Virus record (IMG/VR): IMGVR_UViG_3300031134_000004
Location: 160,655-224,654 of that record
Source: a virus
Taxonomy: Duplodnaviria > Caudoviricetes
DNA: 64,000 nucleotides
Reading direction: 5' to 3' (one strand)
The notes beneath the pieces were generated by a model, which did no database searches, was not told the DNA's origin, and worked only from the letters and a program-made list of their open reading frames with translations. Shown here piece after piece: positions 54,974 to 61,919 of the stretch (its first letter is position 1; each line of letters opens with the position of its first letter). The translations under genes were made by a program, and so were the position numbers.

Positions 54974-55450
54974 ATGACCCTCGCTCAAGACTTCGGCAAC
55001 CAGATGGCTGCCATCAACGAACAAATCGAACAAGCATCCATCGACCAACGTACTGATGGTTGGGTATTTGCCCAAAACGACATGTTCCGTCAATTCCGTC
55101 GTCTGCGTCACCACCTCACCCACTTCTCGAACAGCAGCGGGATGAGCAACAAAGAAATCGCTCAGGGCTTGCAAATCCCTGAAGAGCATGTCGAGATCAT
55201 GCTCCGTACCGCACTCATCCAAGTGCTGGAAGTCGGTTCGATCGTTCGTTCGAAAAACCCGGATCGCGACCCATTGCATTGCGGCTCCGGTACGTACCTC
55301 GAGGCCATCGTCGTGTCCATCGAACCGTTTGTCATGGTATCGGTCGATACCAGCATGCGTTGGAGTACTTGGACGCCTGATCGTATCGTTCCTGTAGCGA
55401 CTGCCGATGCAGAGTTGCTCGAGCTTTGCAGAAAACGTCTGGAAGATTAA
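54974..55450 (+). CDS. HTH-containing hypothetical protein
   Basis: GMSNKEIAQGLQIPEEHV closely matches the LuxR/sigma-r4 HTH pattern; beta-rich C-terminus. Confidence 0.6.
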   Translation: MTLAQDFGNQMAAINEQIEQASIDQRTDGWVFAQNDMFRQFRRLRHHLTHFSNSSGMSNKEIAQGLQIPEEHVEIMLRTALIQVLEVGSIVRSKNPDRDPLHCGSGTYLEAIVVSIEPFVMVSVDTSMRWSTWTPDRIVPVATADAELLELCRKRLED

Positions 55451-55455
55451 TTCAT

Positions 55456-55485
55456 GGAAGGGGGGTAGTCCTCCTTCTTTTTTTT
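55456..55485 (+). terminator. Intrinsic terminator before DHFR
   Basis: GAAGGGGG-gtagt-CCTCCTTC then T8. Confidence 0.6.
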
Positions 55486-55499
55486 GTGGAGAAGTAAAA

Positions 55500-56177
55500 A
55501 TGAGTCAGTACCCGATCGAACTGATTGTGGCCGCCACCCCTGACGGTGAGATCGGCTACGCCAATACTATCCCGTGGCATCTCAAAGGCGATTTAAAGCG
55601 CTTTAAAGAGACCACCATGGGTCACGTCGTCATCATGGGTCGCAAGACCTACGAATCACTTCCAGGCACGCTCAAGGGCCGCACAGTCGTTGTGGTGTCG
55701 GAGACGCTCTTGAAAGAAAACAAAGGACGACGTCACCCTGGTCCGGGCTTCATGAGTTTCGTCGATAGCATCCAGTGCAAGGTACTGTTTGCCATGAGTC
55801 TCATGGACGCATTGGCTGTGGCAATGGCAGAAGTCATCTTGATGCCTGAATGTAAAATCTTCGTTGCAGGTGGTGCTCGGCTCTACGAAGAAGCGCTTGA
55901 GATGATGGACGACAATCCCAACATGCGTTTGACGGTGCATTTGACGACCGTCTACAAAGACCCAGTTACCGAAGCGTACGACACTGTCATCAAGAACTTC
56001 GATCGACTCGACAGGTACGACCTTGTGGGTGATCCGATTGTTGTCTACGATGAAGAGTGGAAAGATCCACCTGCTCAACATCTGGACCCTGGTGGCTGGT
56101 ATTGGCCTGATCCACTGCCACGGCAATTGATTTCTCGTACCTTGTCCCACACTTACAGCACACTGGTTCGCAAGTAA
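55500..56177 (+). CDS. folA: Dihydrofolate reductase
   Basis: LIVAA...G.IG..N.IPWHL.GDL..FK..T.G..VIMGRKTYESLP and FVAGGARLY motifs; extended C-terminus. Confidence 0.95.
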   Translation: MSQYPIELIVAATPDGEIGYANTIPWHLKGDLKRFKETTMGHVVIMGRKTYESLPGTLKGRTVVVVSETLLKENKGRRHPGPGFMSFVDSIQCKVLFAMSLMDALAVAMAEVILMPECKIFVAGGARLYEEALEMMDDNPNMRLTVHLTTVYKDPVTEAYDTVIKNFDRLDRYDLVGDPIVVYDEEWKDPPAQHLDPGGWYWPDPLPRQLISRTLSHTYSTLVRK

Positions 56178-56364
56178 AAACTTACTTCATTCTTTGAGGA
56201 AATATCTCCTCGTTTTCTTAGAGAATGAATCATGAGTAAATATTCGCAAACGATGCACATCCCTGACCATCTGGGTGATCCTACGCACATTTTTGATCTC
56301 ATCATGAGTGGCGGTGCTGAAGGTGCTCCAACACAACTGTCGTTCCATGTCTTAAAGGACAGGT

Positions 56365-56739
56365 ATGAACCAAAAGGTCCAAGTGTGGACAATCCAAATA
56401 GCGAAGTGGAGGGTAGCGAAACAACGTGATATCTTCTTCTTAGATACGACTGCCAAGTCCGGTATGGCAGCGTTCGCTCCTGACTTTAGTGACGTCATGC
56501 GTTACAAACGTGGTGAGATGGATGAAGAAGAATACACGCGCATTTATATCGAACGAATGGAGCAATCCAAAATACGCTACCCACTGCGTTGGGAGTCTCT
56601 TGTAAAACGGCCAAGAATTGCCTTTGCTTGCTATTGTAAGCCAGGGCAATTCTGCCACCGTCATTTGTTCCTCGATATTGTCGAAAAACACTTCGCACCA
56701 CTAGGTTATGAAATCACTCGCATGGGTGAACTTGAATAA
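56365..56739 (+). CDS. DUF488-like protein
   Basis: AFAP...YK.G.M..EEY...Y.E.M and IAFACYCKPGQFCHRHL motifs (C...CHR); RBS AGGA. Confidence 0.7.
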   Translation: MNQKVQVWTIQIAKWRVAKQRDIFFLDTTAKSGMAAFAPDFSDVMRYKRGEMDEEEYTRIYIERMEQSKIRYPLRWESLVKRPRIAFACYCKPGQFCHRHLFLDIVEKHFAPLGYEITRMGELE

Positions 56740-56748
56740 GGAGCAGTC

Positions 56749-57057
56749 ATGAGTATTGTAATTAAGATCCGTAAGGGTGAGCCATTGAAACTGGTGCCTA
56801 CTGAAAGTGTTTCGGTACTGCCTACCAACACTGGTGCTGGAAAAGCAATGATGGATAAGTTGATGGCTGAATTCGATGGGGACCCGGACTACGTTCCTCC
56901 TGCGCCTATCAAAAAGCTCATCAAAGACTACGACAATCTCGTTGAGGCTGATTTGCAAAAGCGCCTTGCCAGTGGCGTTGTAAATCCAACCGAAGATCCA
57001 CTTACTGGTTTCGTGGAAGTCATTGCAAGCGTGGTTAAGAATCCACTCGATAAGTAA
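56749..57057 (+). CDS. Hypothetical protein
   Basis: RBS AAGGAG, 102 aa. Confidence 0.7.
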   Translation: MSIVIKIRKGEPLKLVPTESVSVLPTNTGAGKAMMDKLMAEFDGDPDYVPPAPIKKLIKDYDNLVEADLQKRLASGVVNPTEDPLTGFVEVIASVVKNPLDK

Positions 57058-57066
57058 GGAGTCATC

Positions 57067-57339
57067 ATGGCTGCAATCATTAAACGCATCCCCATCACGA
57101 AAGACTTGTTTCTTATCGACACATCGCGTATCGGTGTGTTTCCTCCTATGTCGCCTGAAATGACGAAGACGTGGATTGATGGGTTAAAAGAAGCAATGTC
57201 AGTGCCGCTGATGAGTATTGAAGAAGTTGTTGGGCACAATCCACAAGCAGCATTGGCCAAGGATTTGAAGCGTCGTTATAAAGTCCGTTATCCAACATCG
57301 CAACATGAAGAACGCCGTGACTTATTGAGTAAAGACTGA
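57067..57339 (+). CDS. Hypothetical protein
   Basis: RBS AAGGAG, 90 aa. Confidence 0.7.
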   Translation: MAAIIKRIPITKDLFLIDTSRIGVFPPMSPEMTKTWIDGLKEAMSVPLMSIEEVVGHNPQAALAKDLKRRYKVRYPTSQHEERRDLLSKD

Positions 57340-57680
57340 TGCAGCGGCAAATCCACGAAGACACTGTACGCCGGATGCATCCTGGTCAGCTATTGCAAAA
57401 CTACTTGTTATCCTCGTTCTGTTATTACGAACTGGACCAAAGTCCGATGACAGACAATGCCTTTGATCTGATGTGCAAGTTGCTTCACGGGGAGTTTGAT
57501 AACCTTGTGCATCCACACAAACACTTGACGAACAAAGAAAGTTTGGAAGCAGGTACGCTGTTACTGGCTCGGGACAAGTATCCAAGGATGATTGGTGTTT
57601 CAGTCGATGCTTACATGTTGTCTGTTGCAGATGGTTCGTTCTTTACCCGCATTGAACCCCATTTAAAGAACGCGGCATAA
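57339..57680 (+). CDS. Stand-alone NAD-dependent DNA ligase domain Ia-like protein
   Basis: TGATG coupling; YYELDQSPMTDNAFDLM matches LigA domain Ia YY..D.P.(I/V)SD.EYD.L. Confidence 0.6.
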   Translation: MQRQIHEDTVRRMHPGQLLQNYLLSSFCYYELDQSPMTDNAFDLMCKLLHGEFDNLVHPHKHLTNKESLEAGTLLLARDKYPRMIGVSVDAYMLSVADGSFFTRIEPHLKNAA

Positions 57681-57770
57681 GCCGAGAGAAACCCGCAAAG
57701 GTTTCTCTCGGCGTTTATGACGGCATTGCACCGTTGGGGTAAAAGAGAAGCGAACTCCTCTTTTTTTTCT
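57673..57770. terminator. Convergent terminator pair
   Basis: CGGCATAA-GCCGAGAGAAACC...GGTTTCTCTCGGC-GTTTATGACG, plus a second minus-strand UUCG hairpin AAGAGGAG-TTCG-CTTCTCTT. Confidence 0.75.
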
Positions 57771-57773
57771 TGC

Positions 57774-58637
57774 TTACAGCTTGACTGCGTTGGCAGCAGC
57801 GGACTTGATGCCAGGCGCGTGGCCCTTCTGCTGAGCCAGCACGTCAGCGCTGATGGCGTCGACGAATGCCGGACGCAGGTGTGGATTGGCACCGGTGATC
57901 TTCATGCCGTCGAGCATCTTCTGCGCGAAAGCGATCACGCCAGCACCCGATTGGGCGATGCCGGTGAAGTTGATGTCGTGCGTCACGGTTTCGTGAGCAG
58001 CGGTCAGATCACGACGACCATTGATCTCGCCCGAGGACTTTGGCCACATGTTGGTCACGAGCCAGGCTTTGAGCACTTTGGAGTGCAGCGCGTCTGGTTC
58101 GAAGAACAGCATGGTGGCTGCGTACATATCCGGCAGCATGTCCGGAGGCACGGTGCCCAGGGTGGCGATGGCTGGATACTTGGTATCCGGGTCCATGATC
58201 AGGTTGCGAATCCAACCTTCGAAGAAGTGGGCGAACGGCATGCCAGCTTTTTCCGGGATACGGAACACTGGCTGACTGCGTTGACGCTTGACGTCCACGA
58301 AGTCTTCTTGCATTTCGCCACCGCCGCCGACCGCGTTTTCAGCGGTTTCGACTTCGAGGGTACGGTTCAGACCGTCGATCGAAATCGGATGCAGCTCGAC
58401 AGCTGAGCGCAGCGTGCCGATCCAGTAGTCCTTGTTCGGCAGGAAGTTAAAGCCCTTCGGGGCTTCAACCAGCAGGCAGATCAAGTTACGACGAACGTAC
58501 GCTTGGTTACTGACCCATTCGGACAGATCCGGCATGTGACCGAACATCCCGCCGAAGCGGGGGTCAGCCATCGGTGCGTTCACGCCTGCATTGAATGCAG
58601 TGCCCGATTGGAGGATGGTATTCGAAAGACGGCTCAT
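57774..58637 (-). CDS. Tail tube protein (phiKZ gp30-like)
   Basis: Directly downstream of the sheath with 4-nt overlap; N..YVRRNLIC.L.EAP and WI..LIMDP.TK motifs; strong codon bias. Confidence 0.85.
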   Translation of the reverse strand: MSRLSNTILQSGTAFNAGVNAPMADPRFGGMFGHMPDLSEWVSNQAYVRRNLICLLVEAPKGFNFLPNKDYWIGTLRSAVELHPISIDGLNRTLEVETAENAVGGGGEMQEDFVDVKRQRSQPVFRIPEKAGMPFAHFFEGWIRNLIMDPDTKYPAIATLGTVPPDMLPDMYAATMLFFEPDALHSKVLKAWLVTNMWPKSSGEINGRRDLTAAHETVTHDINFTGIAQSGAGVIAFAQKMLDGMKITGANPHLRPAFVDAISADVLAQQKGHAPGIKSAAANAVKL

Positions 58638-60712
58638 TGTGCGAGATCCTCAATGCGGTATGCCTCGACACTCAGCGTACCCACGGTCTTCATGTTCGGA
58701 GCGTAGATCTGGATCGCAGTGGTCCAGGAGTAGCCACGCTGCTCGTCGGCCGAGGTGATGGTGGTGACGGGACGGATGATGAAACGGCCATCGAAACGAC
58801 CTTCGACTGCCTCGGTGATGTAGTCGTTGACTGCTTCGACGAACTGGGCGTTGGTCAGGTTCGACCGGCCCGAGAACTTGCGACGCGAACGATCGCCAAC
58901 CTTTTGCAGTTCGACGCAAGCCAGTGCGGTGAACATGCCGGTCAGGACGGACGAGTCGTCGTCGTACACGGTGTGGAACGCTGGGAAGTACACGCTACGC
59001 AGGTCGAACGATTCGACCCAGATCAGACCAGCAGCCCAATCCTTGTTACGCACCGACACCGGAGTGAAGGTTACGTTGATGTCGGTGAACATGTCCACTT
59101 CGTTCAGTGGGTGTTCATCGAAACCAGCGCCGCGTACCCACTGGCCGTTGCCAGCACCCATGTAGGCTGCGCACTTAGCAGCGATGTTGATCGCCAGTGG
59201 CAGGGGCTTCTTGAATTGGCTGTTGAGCATGCTGCCCGAACGACCGACGATAGCGCCGCGCATGACGGGCGTGCCGAAGTACTCCGATTCCGGATACATC
59301 TGCAAACGCGTACGCAGGGCCACGGCCAGTGCCGAATCTTCCGAAGCGGACAGCACAGGCTGACCGACGGTGTGGGTCGACAGGACAACGAACGTGTCCT
59401 TACGCTCTGCGATGAAGCTGCACAGCGCCTTCTTTCCTTCGAGCGGGAGGCCCGAGTCGTAGATGATCGATTCTGGATACTTGGCAGTATCCATCAGATT
59501 GCTGTTCGGGTTCGCGTATTCGACCACTTTGTCGATCACGAGCTGGGCGTACAGTTCGTCGTTCATCGTACCGTCACCACCACCAGCGGCGAAGATGGTC
59601 GAGTTTTCCGACAGACGCACGGTATCGCTACCGGCGCTTACGAACTGGTACGTGCGGTAAGGCACGTTAGCCGAGGACACGCCACCGATCAGGTTGAACA
59701 TGTGGTGTTCGTCAGCATCGCCCTGGAAGTCCGAGAACGCGTCGATGAACTGCGCTTCAGCAGCGTAGAACATTTGCAGCAGTTCTTCGATGACGTCTGA
59801 GTAGACGTGCATGCGGCCGAATGGGCCGTAGACTGGAGCGTAACCTGGACGGTTCACCAGCTGGTATGCTTGGATGAAACGGTCACCCACGTAAGCCAGA
59901 TCATCGTTGCCATCCAGGGTCTCTGGTTTGAGCACGGTGTTGACGTACTGCTCGCCCGACAGGGTTTCAACAACCTTGACAGTCGAGTTAGGGCTTGGAC
60001 GCTGCACGCAGGCCATGCGGATCGGGAAGACCTTTTGCTGGCTCAGCATGCGGCTGTCCATTGGGCTGGACGACTTGGTCGTTGGTGCCCACAGGCGCAG
60101 ACCGAGGTCGTTGCCGTACTTACCGAACGAGCTGACTTCGGAGTCGACGATTGGGAAGCGGGTCGACTGCACACCGTTTTCCACTTGGTCGCCATCTTCT
60201 TGGGTCGCAGCACCGAAGCTGGAATTGCCGTCAGCATCGACCGTCACTTGCGTGCGGACGAACTTGACTTTAAAGCCAGCGATGGTTTCACCGGTAGCTT
60301 TCGGTTGACCGTTACCGTCGAGTTTGACGGCGCCGTCGCTGTGACGTTCGTACACCGGCACTTGGGTCGGCAGGACGTCGAGCATCAGACGGATGGTCGC
60401 AGGTGGTGGCGCATCGTTTGGCTTGAGGCGTTCGTACATGCCTGCATTGCCTTGTGCGTTGATCGTGTTAGCCAGCACGGTCTGGTGGTTTGCGTAAGGC
60501 TTACGCAGGTCGAACGAGTTCACGCCGTACAGTGCGGTGCGCGCTGCGCCGACTGCCAGTTGCGGCGTCGTCGGGCCTTTTTCGGCATAGAAGTAAATCT
60601 TGGGGAGGTGCTGTGGGAGCGCCAATGGTTCCGCAACTGGCGGCCGCGTACTCATGTCTTGAGTACCCAGCAGTCGGGTCATCGGAGCGGCGTTCTGAAT
60701 CGTGGCCGTCAT
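58634..60712 (-). CDS. Tail sheath protein (phiKZ gp29-like)
   Basis: 692 aa; I.NAAP....G.QD.S, G..G....R, YDSG.P and C-terminal sheath-type TxIQIYAPNMKTV motifs. Confidence 0.9.
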   Translation of the reverse strand: MTATIQNAAPMTRLLGTQDMSTRPPVAEPLALPQHLPKIYFYAEKGPTTPQLAVGAARTALYGVNSFDLRKPYANHQTVLANTINAQGNAGMYERLKPNDAPPPATIRLMLDVLPTQVPVYERHSDGAVKLDGNGQPKATGETIAGFKVKFVRTQVTVDADGNSSFGAATQEDGDQVENGVQSTRFPIVDSEVSSFGKYGNDLGLRLWAPTTKSSSPMDSRMLSQQKVFPIRMACVQRPSPNSTVKVVETLSGEQYVNTVLKPETLDGNDDLAYVGDRFIQAYQLVNRPGYAPVYGPFGRMHVYSDVIEELLQMFYAAEAQFIDAFSDFQGDADEHHMFNLIGGVSSANVPYRTYQFVSAGSDTVRLSENSTIFAAGGGDGTMNDELYAQLVIDKVVEYANPNSNLMDTAKYPESIIYDSGLPLEGKKALCSFIAERKDTFVVLSTHTVGQPVLSASEDSALAVALRTRLQMYPESEYFGTPVMRGAIVGRSGSMLNSQFKKPLPLAINIAAKCAAYMGAGNGQWVRGAGFDEHPLNEVDMFTDINVTFTPVSVRNKDWAAGLIWVESFDLRSVYFPAFHTVYDDDSSVLTGMFTALACVELQKVGDRSRRKFSGRSNLTNAQFVEAVNDYITEAVEGRFDGRFIIRPVTTITSADEQRGYSWTTAIQIYAPNMKTVGTLSVEAYRIEDLAQ

Positions 60713-60931
60713 GTTTGTTCCTGTCGCTATAGATGAATGGTATGGTTTCGAAGACGATGCCCTGCATCATATTTATTTTAGAAAATATTTCGCTGGCATC
60801 GACCCCATCCAACCTCTTCGTTAAAAAATACAGAAAACGCAGTATATATTTTAACATAGAATGATTAGATAATTTCCGCTGATCAATCCATTTCCTCATG
60901 CCGTTAGGCACATCAACAAGGACTTTCAAAA

Positions 60932-61852
60932 ATGACTGTACTCAAAACTGCCTACGATACGACGGCATGCCGAGATTACCTGATGAAAAAGACGACCGAC
61001 GCCATCGAAGTGGCAGGGCTGAACGGTCAGCTTCCGGCCATGGCAGGCACCATTGGCGGCATTCAAGAAGTGCAAGGTGGTTCGGCAACTGTCGACGCTA
61101 TCCCTGCCTTTGCTCACCCAATCGCCGTCACTGAAGGTCAGACGCAGAAGATCGCTGTGGACGTGCGCCAGTACGGTAAGTGGGACCAACACCAAGCTGT
61201 GTTCCATGTGCGCAATGCCACGGACTACCGCCTGGCCCAACACCGTTCGAAACTGAACCACATCTGGCTGAACCATTCGCCAACCATCCTGCGCGACATC
61301 TCGCCGCTGCCCATGGCTGTGTTTGCTACCTGGATCAGTGAAGCCATCACCCGTTACAAGTCGCTCAATCCACAAGAGCAACTGAACTTAACTGTGCTGG
61401 CCGCTATCTGGTACAGCTCGCAGTTCACGGATGAAGAAACCTTCAGCGACCGTGAAAAGATGGGTCTGGCTAACCAGCTGCAAAAGACCTTGCGCATTTC
61501 GCCGGAAGTAACCATCGAGATGCTCGACGCGGTGCCGGTGGTGCAAAGCGCTCACCACTTCTGCGAACTGGCCCGTCAAGTTACGGACTCGGTACGCCTG
61601 CAAGACTTCACCACGGGTCTGCTCTTTGCCAACGTCGGTTCGGCGTTTGCCCGCAATGACTGGCGTGAACTGGTGGCAGTGGCACTGGAACACCCACCAA
61701 CCTGGATGGCTCTGGTCATGCTCGCTGTCACGGAGCGTACCTACAAGCACACGGTGGTCACGAAGATCACTGAACGCACCTCGTTCCGCGCTGATGCACA
61801 AAACTTCGTGCGCGCTGTGACGAAGATGAGCGAAACCCTGACCACTGCTTAA
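60932..61852 (+). CDS. phiKZ-like virion structural protein (putative)
   Basis: 306 aa divergent from the sheath; TAYDTT.C, IP.FAHP, ALEHPPTW motifs. Confidence 0.7.
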   Translation: MTVLKTAYDTTACRDYLMKKTTDAIEVAGLNGQLPAMAGTIGGIQEVQGGSATVDAIPAFAHPIAVTEGQTQKIAVDVRQYGKWDQHQAVFHVRNATDYRLAQHRSKLNHIWLNHSPTILRDISPLPMAVFATWISEAITRYKSLNPQEQLNLTVLAAIWYSSQFTDEETFSDREKMGLANQLQKTLRISPEVTIEMLDAVPVVQSAHHFCELARQVTDSVRLQDFTTGLLFANVGSAFARNDWRELVAVALEHPPTWMALVMLAVTERTYKHTVVTKITERTSFRADAQNFVRAVTKMSETLTTA

Positions 61853-61866
61853 CCCCCTCCCCTTCG

Positions 61867-61905
61867 CCACCACTCTCTCAAGGTAGAGGGTGGTGGTTAT
61901 TTTTC
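61867..61905 (+). terminator. Hairpin between virion genes
   Basis: CCACCACTCT...AGGGTGGTGG followed by TTATTTTT. Confidence 0.55.
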
Positions 61906-61919
61906 CTAAGGTTTTCCTC

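Noticed and set aside
56232-56429. 65-aa ORF overlapping the DUF488-like gene
   Set aside because: Weak RBS, 65-nt out-of-frame overlap, and no recognisable motif; the downstream gene has its own RBS. Cannot be fully excluded
2068-57722. Repeated hairpins interpreted as a CRISPR array
   Set aside because: They are dispersed over tens of kb, not regularly spaced, differ in stem sequence, and no cas genes are present
60501-60929. 142-aa minus-strand ORF spanning the divergent intergenic region and the sheath start
   Set aside because: Atypical AT-rich codons and out-of-frame overlap with the sheath gene; better explained as promoter DNA
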